From positions 13,630,323-13,694,322 of the forward strand of contig NC_090416.1 of assembly GCF_036365525.1 (NCBI RefSeq): a stretch of 64,000 bases of DNA. The letters run 5' to 3'. The position numbers and the translations under genes are program-made. The DNA is from Heterodontus francisci. Lineage: Eukaryota. Positions 1 through 11,322 of the stretch are shown here, one piece after another (position 1 is the first letter of the stretch; the number at the start of each line of letters is the position of its first letter). The notes under the pieces were generated by a model. It ran no database searches, was not told the DNA's origin, and saw nothing but the letters and a program-made list of their open reading frames with translations.

Positions 1-190
1 TGGGGAAGCCAAGGGATGACCTGAATGATTGAATGGGGAGTGCCGTCATCCACGAAGCTGTCTTCAGCTGTAGCGTAATTTTAGAGAGGTGGGCAGTCTA
101 GTACGCGTGGGTTTTTCCAGCCAATACTGAGTGCAGATCTCCCGCTTGAAGCCGCGACAATGCTGATGGGTGTCTCCCTTTTTAATCAAG

Positions 191-438
191 AGTTGAAAAA
201 CCAAACAGAATCTTCAGTCCACAGTCCCTTCGCTCAGCGGCAGTCCTTCTCCAACTCCAGCATGATGGAGGTCTTCATCCCCACCAAGCAGCCGACAGCG
301 ACTCCAAACTCCCCCCTGCAGAACAAATCCAGCACCGCCCAGGCCTCTCCTGGCTGCTCGGAGAACCAGTCCTCCAGTCCCCAGCCTGCACAGCAGAAAC
401 TCAAGCCCCAGAAGAAAAAGGCGTCGATTTCTTCAAAG
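191..438 (+). CDS. UBAP2L: UBAP2L internal exon (ELKNQTESSVHSPF...QKKKASISSK)
   Basis: AG at 189-190, GTAAGA at 439; peptide matches recalled human UBAP2L LKNPSDSAVHSPF...SSSPQPAQQKLKQQKKKASLTSK. The gene starts upstream of the window. Confidence 0.93.
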
Positions 439-1189
439 GTAAGAGTTAACTCTCTGATGAAGGGCAAAAAAAAAAATGCATTTCTGTAGCACCTTTCACC
501 GCCTCAGGATGTTCCGAAGCGCTTTACAGCCAATGAAGTATTACTGAAGAGTAGTCTCGTTGCTGTGTAGGAGATGTGGCAGCCAATTTGAGCACAAGAC
601 CCCACGAGCACTGATGTGGTGATGACTAAGTTGTCTTTTTCTTTTAAACTGATGTTGATTTAAGGGAGCTCAGGGAAACTGCACTCTGAAAGATTTGGGG
701 TGAGTAGTATTGTGCCCGTTGGTTCTCAACAGGGTTCTTCTTTGCAGCCCTGTTTGCTTCCCATTTTGAGTTAAGAGCATGGGGCAGGTGTAGGCCATGC
801 AACCCCTCAAGAAATCATCCCACACCACCCCGCCCCCCCCGCCACTCCACCTCCCCTTTCTGGTTACTAACTTGCTCGACAGTGGGAGTAGTTCTTCCCA
901 ATTTGATCTTTGTAAAATCACTAGTTTTAACACCTTCTATCAGATCTCATCTTAACCTCATTTCTAATATCACTGTCTCCTTTTAAAGCCTCGTGTGTTT
1001 TCCGCAACCCTTTTCTGACCTGTTTTTTGCGCGCTCGCTTTCACCAGTCTCCACATTGCCTAGCTTCTCATGTCAGCCGTGGCTCAGTGGGTAGTGCACC
1101 CCTCTCAGAGCCCGAAGTTTGTGGGTTCAAGCCGCCCCCCCCCCCCCCCCCCCCCCAGAGCCTTGAACACACGCCCAGGCAATACATAC

Positions 1190-1880
1190 AAACGTAGACT
1201 GGGGAGCGGGCGTAGGCCATTCGGCCCCTCGAGCCTGCTCTGCCACTTGATTGTGGCCTCAACCCTACTTCTTGTCTACCCCCATGACCTTTGAATTCCT
1301 CGTCAATCAGGAATCTGTCTAACTCGGCCTTTAAAAATATTCAATGACCCAGCCTCCACTGATCCCAGGGGAAGAGAATTCCACAGACTAACAGCCCTCA
1401 ATGGGAAAAAAAATTCCTGCTCACCTCCATCTTAAATGGGAGACCCCTTTTATTGTTAAACTGTGTCCCCTAGTTGTAGTCTTTCCCATAAGGGGAAACT
1501 TGCTTTCAGCATCCACCCTGTGAAGTTCCCTCAGGATCTTGTATGTTTCAATAAGATCACCTCTCATTCATCTAAATTCCAATGGGTACAGCCAAACCTA
1601 CTCAACCTTTCCTCATAAAATAACCCCTCATCCCAGGAATGAGGTCGTGAACCTTCTCTGAACGGCCTCTCATGCAATTATATCTTTAGGAGACCAAAAC
1701 TGTACACCGTAAACCATATGCGGTCTACCTAAGGCCCTGTACAACTGTAGCAAAACTTCCCTACTTTTATATTCCATTCCCCTTGCGATAAAGGACAACG
1801 TTCCAATTTGCTTTCCTAATTATTTGCTCTACGTGCATACTAACCTTTCCTGATTCATGTACCAGGGCACCCAGATCCAT
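1190..1880 (-). mobile_element. CR1 LINE 3' fragment
   Basis: Reverse strand carries decayed RT C-terminal motifs and the ggccattcggcccctcgagcc tail shared with other copies. Confidence 0.75.
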
Positions 1881-2232
1881 CTACTGCAGAGTTCTGCAAC
1901 CTGGATGAGATGTTAAACTGAGGCCCCATCTGCCCTCAGACCCTGCAGCCATTATTTTGAAGAGCACGGGAGTTCTTCCCAGTAGTGTCCTGGGCCAATA
2001 TTTATCCCTCGGCATCACTGTGCAATAAAAAAAAAAACTGGGTCATTGTTTCATTGTTTGTGGGAGCTTGCTGTGCACAAATTGGCTGGTATGTATTCTA
2101 CAACAGTGACTCGACTTCAAAAAATAGGTTGTAAACGGCTTTGGGAACGTTCTAAGGTTGTAAGTGTGAAGTCTTTTCGGCTGGCACCCGGAAATATGTG
2201 CTTAATGTCTTATTCTCTTCACCCCTGTGTAG

Positions 2233-2405
2233 ATCCCATCTTCTGCCGTGGAGATGCCTGCTTCGGCAGACATCGCAGGGTTAAATCTGCAGTTTGGGGC
2301 CTTGCAGTTTGGTTCTGAGCCTATGCTATCAGAGTATGAATCAACACCGACTACCAGTGTACCAGTGAGCCAGCCCCAGAGCAGTCTGTACACCAATGCT
2401 GTCAG
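2233..2405 (+). CDS. UBAP2L: UBAP2L exon, DUF3697/G3BP-binding region (IPSSAVEMPASADIAGLNLQFGALQFGSEP...)
   Basis: Acceptor tgtgtag, donor GTAAGC at 2406; diagnostic AVEMP...LNLQFGALQFG motif; phase 0 to 2. Confidence 0.97.
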
Positions 2406-3801
2406 GTAAGCCAGAATGCATTTGATGCTTTGATCTGTGCAGATCAGTCAAATGCAGGAGGAGGTGTTGGAAGGATAGTGTGAAGTGGGAATGCTACTGT
2501 TCAGCTAAAAGGCTGGCATCTGTAGCAATTGTACTCTTTCATGCATTTCAGTTTAAGTATGAGGGGGTGAATGGAATGGGACCATTTGCTTTTAGCGTGC
2601 GCTGCATGCACTAAGTCCGCCTACTTCTATCTCTGTAACATCGCCCGACTCTGTGTCCCTGCTTCAGTTCATCGGCTGGAACCCTCGCCTGTGCCTCTGT
2701 TATCCCCAGACTTGACTATTCCAACGCGTTCCTGGTTTGCCTCCCCTGCCGTACTAAACTTGAGGTCATCGAAACCTGTACTGCCCCGTACGCTAACTGG
2801 CACCCAACTCCTTCACCCATCACCCCTGTCCTGCTGACTTGACATTGATTGCTGGTTAAGCCCCGCCTCAATTTAAAAGAAATTCTCATCCTTGCTCTCA
2901 GTTGAGAGATGAGCAACAAACACTGACCTCGCTGGTGATGCCTACGTCCCATGAATGCATTTTAAAAAGCATCTCAACTGGGGATGGCGGGCGTGGGTTT
3001 CAAATTGAGCTCAGCGACTCCTCACGACGTTGTCATGGAAGTCCGCTTGGGACAAGTAATAAGGCGGCTTGCCATCACTGCTATGAGCTGGGCCCCCTTG
3101 AGACTGCACTTCAGGAGTGGAGAACAGACAACTGGCAACAGCTGGGGGGGCGGGAAAACACAACAGATGTTCCAACTTCAGTTCGAAACAACGTTTGACA
3201 ATTTAAGCCGACGGCAAAACTTGCTGAAGACTGAGCGAATCCACCCTGTCTGCAGCAGCACGATACTGTAGGCCGCGTGCACATCATTTACAGCACGGGA
3301 GCAGGCCCCCTCGCGTCGTCGCCACAGATCCCACAGCCACTGTTTCGAAGAATAGTGGTTGGGGGGAGAGGGGCAAGTTCTCCACAGTGCCCGATGTTTA
3401 TCCCTCAACCAAAATTACTTTCTTTTTATAAAAAAAAAACACATTATCCGTTTTTGTCACGTTGCTGGTGGGATCTTGCGTGCACAGATCGGCTGCGGCA
3501 TTTCCTGCCTCAATAGTGGCTGGCACTCCAGGTTTAAGTGTGCTTACTTCCGTGATGTCAGCGTGTCTATGCTGCATAGCATTACGCATTGGAACAGGCC
3601 ATTCGGTCCAACTGGTCCATGCGGGTTTTTAATGCTGCAGGCCAGCGTCCTCCCGACCCTTCTCCCCCTATCAGCATATCCTTCTGTTCCTTCCTCCTTC
3701 ATGTTTATCCAGCTTCCCCTTAAAAGCATCTGCTCTGATCGTGACCGTGAAACCGTGGTTGCGGCCGGTTCCGCGTTCTTACCGCTCCCGTTCTCTTGCA
3801 G

Positions 3802-3991
3802 TGAGTCACCGTCAACGATCTCCTCGAATCAGAGTCAAGATTCCGGGTTCCAGCCCAGCACAATCACGACCTCAGCGTTTACAGCCCAGAACAGTGCTGT
3901 GGGGGCGCAGTACGAGCAGAGCTCCAGCCAGCGGGCAGCGTACTCCAACTCCCTGTCCTCCTCTCCTCAGAAAGACCTGACGCAAGCCAAG
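3802..3991 (+). CDS. UBAP2L: UBAP2L exon (SESPSTISSNQSQDSG...SSSPQKDLTQAK)
   Basis: Acceptor ttctcttgcag, donor GTATTC at 3992; phase fits neighbours; SSSPQKDLTQAK as in human. Confidence 0.95.
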
Positions 3992-4099
3992 GTATTCAGC
4001 GGCTCCCGCCTTCAGAGTGGCCTTCGGCTTCGTTTTCGTTCCCTGCCTTCTGAAACGTAGCACTCTTGGCTAACGTGTGATTTTTTTTTCCTCTTTCAG

Positions 4100-4139
4100 A
4101 ACGGCTTCAGCACGATACAGACGCCGCAGTCCATCGAAG
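4100..4139 (+). CDS. UBAP2L: UBAP2L small exon (NGFSTIQTPQSIE)
   Basis: Polypyrimidine tract plus AG at 4098-4099, donor GTGAAT; human counterpart NGFSSVQ...QSVE. Confidence 0.9.
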
Positions 4140-5035
4140 GTGAATGAGGCTTCAAGCATTCATTGAGAAGGGGGAAGTGGGGGGGGGGCGGTGACCTGAT
4201 AGAGATCTTTAAAATTACAAAGGGGTTCGATTGGGCAGATGTCGGGGAGATGTTTGCACTTGGCCAAGACTAAACTTTGGAATAGAGGAGGCTGAGTGAT
4301 TTAATTGAGGGGCCTAAGTAGCGTGGGATAGGAAGGACCTATTTCCCTTAGCAGAGAGGTCAATACCGGGGGCGTAGTAATTGGCAGAAGGATTAGAGGG
4401 GAGTTAAGAATTTTTGAGGGTGATGGTCACCTGAAACTCACTACCTGAAAGGGCTTGTCCTGGCAGAAACCCTCATCATATTTAAAAAGCACTTGCAGGC
4501 TAAGGTGCTTCCAAGTGCTTATCCAAGGCTACGGGCCAAGAGCTGGAAATTGGGATTAGCCTGGATAGCACTCTTTTGGCTGGCATGGACCTGATGGGCC
4601 AAATCCCCCTCGCCCGAGTTCAGACGTCGCAGGTATCATAGCCAGGGCCTGACCCCGGTTGCCGCACATCCTCCACGTGTGCCCATCCCAGAACAAGAGC
4701 GGGAAACGTTCAGCAGGCCAGGCAGTACCTGGGGAGAGCGGAACAGAGTTGCTGGCGCGGGGCGGTGAGCTTCCTTTTGGAAGTTGTTTGGGGGGGATCC
4801 ACCAGCGTGGCAGCTGGTACCTGTGGCAGCACACGTGGGCACTTCTGGGGTGGGAGGAGACCATCAAAACGCAGGTGCAGCAATCACAACTGAGCTTGGA
4901 GCTTTTCCCATCGTGGGCTGAGAACAGGTGACCTTCAGAAGGATGCGCGCTGCGTAGGTGGCAAGGCAACAAATGGAGAGGGCGGACAAACCGACCTCAC
5001 TTGGCTAACCTACGGCGTCTCCTGTTTTTGTGCAG

Positions 5036-5210
5036 CTGCAGCTGGTTCTGCAGTGAAGTCTGACTCGCCCGCGGTCCCCAGTATGGCTTCACTCTCGAAT
5101 GCAGTATCTGCATCGCCGCTATTAACATCGAACAGCCAGCATCCCACAGGGTTGACCAGCCTTAGTCACACCGAGGAGCTCCCAAGCACGACCACCACAC
5201 AGCAGAGCAG
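5036..5210 (+). CDS. UBAP2L: UBAP2L exon (AAAGSAVKSDSP...TTTTQQS)
   Basis: Acceptor tgtgcag (a second in-frame CAG lies 6 nt downstream), donor GTGAGC at 5211; GSAVKSDSP conserved. Confidence 0.93.
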
Positions 5211-6086
5211 GTGAGCGGCTCATCTCCATTTCCACAAGTTCCCTTCCGACGAGTCATTTTTAACTTTACACTTCGAATCGCGGCATGATTACAGCACAGA
5301 AAGCGACCGTTCCGCCTGTCGTGTCCATGCTAGGCAAAGAGGAGCTCAGCTAGTCCCGCCACCCTCCCGCCCTTTTCCCTTCGATCATAATAAGAGCAGG
5401 AGTAGACCATTCGGCCCCTCGAGCCTGCGCTGCCATTCAATAAGATCGTGCCTGCCCCCCACCCCCCCCCATAACCCTCGACTCCCTTGTCGATGAAAAA
5501 TCTGTCTAACCCAGTTTCCACTGCTCTCTGGGGAAGAGAATTCCAAAGATTAATGACTCTCTGAGAGAAGAAATTCCTCCTGATCTCCGTCTTAAATGGG
5601 AGACCCCTTATTCTGAAACTGTGCCCCCTGGTTCTAGATTCCCGCACGAGGGGTAACATCCTCTCAGCATCTACCCTGTCAAGCCCGCTCAGAATCTTCT
5701 TTCAATATGATCCTCATTCTTCTAAATCCGAGCATAGGCTAACGCCCCCATGTTTGAGTCATTCCTCGCTGAGCAACTTGCAGGAGGTGCGGGTCCATTG
5801 CACGTGGAAAAGTCTCTTGCCTTTCTGTTGTACTGGAGCATGACAGTCTCCTGTTCGAGTTAGTCACACTTGCACCCACTCTTTTTCCCCCCCCCCCCCC
5901 CACATTAAATACTGCCAGTCTGCCTTTGCTCTCCGGCGAAAGGGAAGGAATTGCAGTTGCGCACTCAACTGGTGTAATGCTAAAATTCTTCCTGGCAGGA
6001 GCAAGTAGCTGGACTTGACAAAATGCACTTTCCCCATCGGTGGTGCGGCTATGGGTTTGTAATTTTTCTCCTGTTTGCTCTTTCAG

Positions 6087-6156
6087 TACTGCGTCCACCC
6101 AACAGAGCAGTAGCCTGTCATCTTCCTCAGCACGCACTTCAACGTCAACCCACTTG
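6087..6156 (+). CDS. UBAP2L: UBAP2L exon (STASTQQSSSLSSSSARTSTSTHL)
   Basis: Acceptor tttcag, donor GTAAGT at 6157; phase 2 to 0. Confidence 0.92.
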
Positions 6157-8040
6157 GTAAGTTTGTTCTTTTTTTAAACCTCACCCCCAGTAGTCATTCC
6201 TTGCTCCAAAGGTGTGCAGGTTACCAGCCCTTGACCTACATGTACTGCTCCACCTGCCTAACAGGTGTATTAATGCAGGGTGACTGCTTGCTATTCCACT
6301 CCCCCCCCCAAAAAGAAAACCCTGGGCAAGAAGAGCACAAGCTTCTCCATCTAATCGCACAGCTTGCATCGATGTGAAACGTAACCAAGTAAATCGTCCC
6401 ATCGGTCGACATTCCTGCTCTGATTGCTTTTTTTTAAAAAAAAATTCATTCTCGGGATGTGGGCGTCGCTGGCAGGGCCAAACATTCGTTGCCCATCCCT
6501 TGAGAAGGCGGTGAACTGCCGCCTTGAACCGCTGCAGTCCGTGTGGTGAAGGTGCTGCCGCAGTGCTGTTCAGGTGGGAGTTCCAGGGTTTTGACCCAGC
6601 GGCGAGCGAGGGAGGAACGGTCCGTTTTTTGAGACGGAGGGGAATCTGCATAGCTTGGCCTGTGCACCTGCAGTGCTCCTCCTCTGCTATGGCGGAGGTT
6701 TTGGACGGTGCTGTCAAAATCGGTGCAGGCGGCTCCAGTTTATCAGGGTGCGGAGATTGGGCATCGAGGAGGTCAGGGGCCAGCTACAACGGGAACAATG
6801 GCCGTTGTGGACAAGGTGGTGAGAGTGTACGTGACTGATTCCTGTGGACGTGTGTCCCGGCAAGAGTTAGTACCTTGGAGAGAGATGGTGGGGGCGGTGG
6901 GGAGATAGAATCTTTCAAAATTTGATGTGTTGGTTTTCAATGTGGCAGAATTTGTAGGAAGTGACTAATTGTGCGCGGTTGAAATGAAGCTGGTCATAGC
7001 AAGGTATTTCTTTTCAAATGGGTGAAAATGAGTCTCCCTGGTGTAGCAGAAGTGCATTGCTCATCACGTCTTAACGTTGGGTTTAGTTCAGACAGACTGT
7101 CTGCTGAGATGAAGCCTGATGAGTCAAGTGTTATGTAAACTTGATTAACTTCCCTCGAGACCTCTGAATATCATTGAACACAGTCTCTTTGCAATGGGAT
7201 AGATGTTTGTTAAAGCCTTCGGGTGCTTGTGCAATGCTGTTGGACTTGGCTTTTTTTTTTCTGCCGCACTTGTGTCTTCTCCCCACACTGTGACTCCCTG
7301 CTACCTGGCCTCTGCTGCATCGGGTTTCCTGAATCCACGACACAATTCTCCTTGTGGTTTCCTCTGCTTCCACCAGTCCCTCGAAATCCCTATTGCAAAC
7401 TGGTCTCTGCGCTCCTCCAATTCCGGCCTCTTGCCCATCCTCCCGATTCCCATGGCTCCACCATTGGCGGCCGTGCCTTCAGCTGCCGGGGGGGCCCTAA
7501 GCTCTGGAATTCCTTCCCTAAACCTCTTCGCCTCTCTCTGTCTCCTCCTTTAAGACACTCCTCAAGACTGACCTGTCCTAATATCTCTTTGTGTGTTTCT
7601 GTTAAATGTTGACTGATCACTCCTTTGAAGTACCTTGGGGTGCTTTACTATGTTAAAGGCGTTATATAAATGCAACTGGTTGGCAGCAGTGCAAATGGGG
7701 ATGAATGGTGAGGAAGGACTGGGAAAACCTATAGCCTCAAAAGAAGCAAATGAGGGGTAAATGTGCACAGAAATGTTGCAAAGAATAATACAGGAGAGCT
7801 CCTCCAAATTAAACATTGACTTGGGTACAAAATGGTGAAAGGCAAGTTCAAGAATGATGCCTACCTTGATTGGGGGCACAAATCTGTGTGGCGATTCTGC
7901 AAGAAACACGCCTGTAGGTAGCAGGTTGCAAATGTCGCGTTTTGCATCTCAATACTCTGTCTTGCAATTTTGCCAGGTTTTTGAGTGACCCCGTTCGTAA
8001 CCTTTTCGCTTTTTGAACATCCTCCCTTTCCTCTTTGTAG

Positions 8041-8233
8041 CACACAAGTGTGGAAAGTGAAGTGAGCCTCCACTCATCCCCCAGCACTTTCGCCACGGCA
8101 GCAAGCACAGTGTCGGTGGCTCCATCACCAACCGTCTCCAACACCCTGGGAGGCGTGAGCAACCTGGGTCTGAGTCTGGTCAGTAACTCCACTGTGACGG
8201 CATCGTCCCGCAGCTCAGTAGCAACTACTTCAG
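8041..8233 (+). CDS. UBAP2L: UBAP2L exon (HTSVESEVSLHSS...RSSVATTSG)
   Basis: Acceptor ctctttgtag, donor GTAATG at 8234; matches human HTSVESEANLHSS...RSSVATTSG. Confidence 0.95.
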
Positions 8234-8743
8234 GTAATGGGGCAACGTGAGCAGAGGGCGCCAGCGGGAAAGGGAAATATCTCTCACATTTTCCCTGCAA
8301 TTGGACAACCCAGTAGTTTCTCCTCTAGTGACCCAAACATAGCGCTCAGTCATCATCAAGCCCAGTAGGCCATGTCTTGCCCCCAAGTCAGAAGGCTGTG
8401 TGTTCAAGTCCAGCTCCAGATTCTTGAGCACAAAAGTATCCAGGCTGACCCTCCCAGTGCCAGTACTGGGGGGAGTGCTGCACTGTCGGAGGTGCTGCCT
8501 TTCAGACGAGACGTTAAACCTGGGACCCCGTCTGTCCCCTCGGGTGGGGGTGAAAAACCCCCATGGGCATTATTTTGAAGAGGACCGGTGACTTCTCCTT
8601 GGTGTTCCAGCCAACATCTATCCCTCGACCAAATGACTGAACAAAAAAGGGACAATCTGATCCTGGATCTCACTACTGTTTGTGAGACATTGATTGCTGT
8701 GTGTGAATTAGGTGTGTCATTTCCCTTCAGTTCAACAATGACT

Positions 8744-9074
8744 GGGGCGGCGCAGTGGTTAGCACCCCAGCTTACAGCTCCAGCGACCCAGGTTCAGGTC
8801 TGGGTACTGTCTGTGTGGAGTTTGCTCGTTCTCCCTGTGACCGCATGGGTTTCTGCCGGGTGCTCCGGTTTCCTCCCACAGCCAAAGACTTGCAGGTTGA
8901 TAGGTAAATTGGCCATTGTAAATTGACCCTAGTGTAGGTAGGTGGTAGGAGGATTGAGGATGTAAGGGAATATGGGATTAATGTAGGATTAGTATAAATG
9001 GGTGGTTGTTGGTCGGCACAGACTTGGTGGGCCGAAGGTCCTGTTTCAGTGCTGTATCTCTCTATGACTATGAC
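8744..9074 (+). mobile_element. tRNA-derived V-SINE (HE1-like)
   Basis: tRNA-like head ggcgcagtggttagca...ggttca, V-domain tgtgtggagtttgc...ctccggtttcctccca, CR1-type 3' tail. Confidence 0.8.
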
Positions 9075-9756
9075 TACAAACTATTGTCTGTGAAACACAT
9101 TGGGGTTTGCATTGGTGAGCCAGAGCTTTTAGTGTTTGGTATTTTTAGCCTACAAAATGATAGCCTATAAATTTGAGATTTATTGAATTCATGACACTTG
9201 CTATGATGGGATTCAAACCAGTGACCTATTAGTCCAATGCAATAACCACTGGACTGCCTTAGTATTAAGGTGAATAATAACAAAAAAGGGGACTGAAAGT
9301 GGGTTTTTTTTTTGTCTGGGTGTCTGGAATTTTACCCTTCCAATTGGATATAATGAGTGAGTAGGGGTCTGGACTGTAATAGATTTTTTTAATGGACTCC
9401 TCCCCGTGTCACTTAAGATGAGGTATCAGTGTCTGCCATCTGCCTCGCAAGGGTTGACACCTGCCCTCGTGAGTTGCCTGATGAATACTGAATGGCCTCG
9501 GAGCGGAGGTTTAAGGGTGAGCAGTGCGGATGTGGAGTCAGCGCCCATCTCCTCGATGATGTGCCTGATGCTGGGAGATTGACACCTGTGCTCCAGACAC
9601 CCAAAGCAGGTTGTGGCTGTGAGCGCACATCACAAAATGGTTTGTGATTCAGCGCTGACTCATTCAGCCTGCAAGGGGGTGCTGGAAGGTGTTGTCTGGC
9701 ACCGTTTGAAAGCTACTGCTCGAGGTTGGGATTGGGGCTCATTGCAACTGGTAAAA

Positions 9757-10266
9757 GAAGCTTTACTCCCCAGCTAACCTGTGATGTACCTGTCCTGGGA
9801 GTGTTTGATGGGGACAGTGTAGAGGGAGCTTTACTCTGTATCTAACCCCTGTGCTGTACCTGTCCTGGGAGTGTTTGACGGGGATAGTGTAGAGGGAGCT
9901 TTACTCTGTATCTAACCCCGTGCTGTACCTGTCCTGGGAGTGTTTGACGGGGACAGTGTAGAGGGAGCTTTACTCTGTATCTAACCCCCGTGCTGTACCT
10001 GTCCTGGGAGTGTTTGATGGGGACAGTGTAGAGGGAGCTTTACTCTGTATCTAACCCCCGTGCTGTACCTGTACTGGGAGTGTTTGATGGGGACGGTGTA
10101 GAAGGAGCTTTACTCTGTATCTAACCCCGTGCTGTGCCTGTCCTGGGAGTGTTTGATGGGGACAGTGTAGAGGGAGCTTTACTCTGTATCTAACCCCCGT
10201 GCTGTACCTGTACTGGGAGTGTTTGATGGGGACATTGTAGAGGGAGCATTACTCTGTATCTAACCA
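9757..10266 (+). repeat. ~70-bp minisatellite, ~7 copies
   Basis: Unit gtgctgtacctgtcctgggagtgtttgatggggacagtgtagagggagctttactctgtatctaacccc, read directly. Confidence 0.97.
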
Positions 10267-10389
10267 GTATTACATTTACGTTGGGATGCTCGACAGTGAG
10301 TCAAGTGCAATAAAGTAGAAGCGGGGCTGGCTCTCCCTAAAGCATCCTGTGATGAACGGTGTGCATTAACATTTCTTTCTAATTTTCAG

Positions 10390-10478
10390 GGAAGGCTCCT
10401 CCAAATCTTCCTCCAGGGGTTCCACCATTGCTGCCTAACCCATACCTCGTGGCACCAGGCCTCCTGCCAGCATACCAG
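10390..10478 (+). CDS. UBAP2L: UBAP2L exon (GKAPPNLPPGVPPLLPNPYLVAPGLLPAYQ)
   Basis: Acceptor ttttcag, donor GTGAGG; highly conserved UBAP2/UBAP2L peptide. Confidence 0.97.
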
Positions 10479-11268
10479 GTGAGGAACATGACGAGAGCCA
10501 AATGTGTGCAAGCCTATTTTGGCATAGCGAGTGACCCCCCCCTGTAAACAGGGAATACCCGGATGTGTATTTCCCTCATGATGTGTATAGCCCTGCCCGT
10601 ACATGGGTGGGCGAGTTTTACCCCCTCCACCCATTTCTTTCTGCTCCCGCCACCGATCCATTCAAATCGTTTGCAACGCAGACTGAAAATCTAGGCCAAG
10701 ATACTTTCCTGAGCACTATTCCGCTACCCTGGGGTGAAAGGTCAAGGGGCGCAGGGTCAGGGTGTGAAGGGCAAGTTTAAGTTCAATGCCAGAAAGTGTT
10801 TGGGTGATCAGTGGTGGCCAGGACATTTGTCATATATTGATAAACAGATAAACGGCAGGAGGCCATTCCTCCCCTCGAGTACGTTCTGCCACGGTCGATC
10901 TGTACCTCGGCTCCATTTGCTCCCTATCCCACCAACCCAAACCTGGACGTCTATCTACCAATCTCAGTCTGGTCCTCCAGCACCCACAGCCTTTTTAGGC
11001 TGGCATGGCAGGAAGGTTGGCATCAGAATGGAACAAATGGGTCTGAATTGAGCCACCTTCATTTCAAGCCAAGCTCGAGGCCACTTTCCCGACACAGGCG
11101 ACGCTACTAAATCCCAGGTTGTTGGGAATTGGAGCTCCCGGTTGAAATGGAGAGGCAATGCTGGGACTCGAAGGCCTGCGGATTGACCTGCCACACACAC
11201 ACGGTTCAGTTTGACTTGTACGCTGGATTAAACTTGGGCAAATTCTGTTAACTTTTTCTTTGTCCCAG

Positions 11269-11322
11269 CCTCAGGTGTACGGCTATGACGATTTGCAAAT
11301 GCTTCAGACCAGGTTTCCTTTG
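11269..11322 (+). CDS. UBAP2L: UBAP2L exon (PQVYGYDDLQMLQTRFPL)
   Basis: Acceptor tcccag, donor GTGAGT; identical to the recalled human peptide. Confidence 0.97.

Noticed and set aside
9535-9661. 10-bp perfect inverted repeat gagtcagcgc/gcgctgactc with nearby TGATGA motifs
   Set aside because: No coherent C/D box spacing or hammerhead GAAA partner; compatible with chance.
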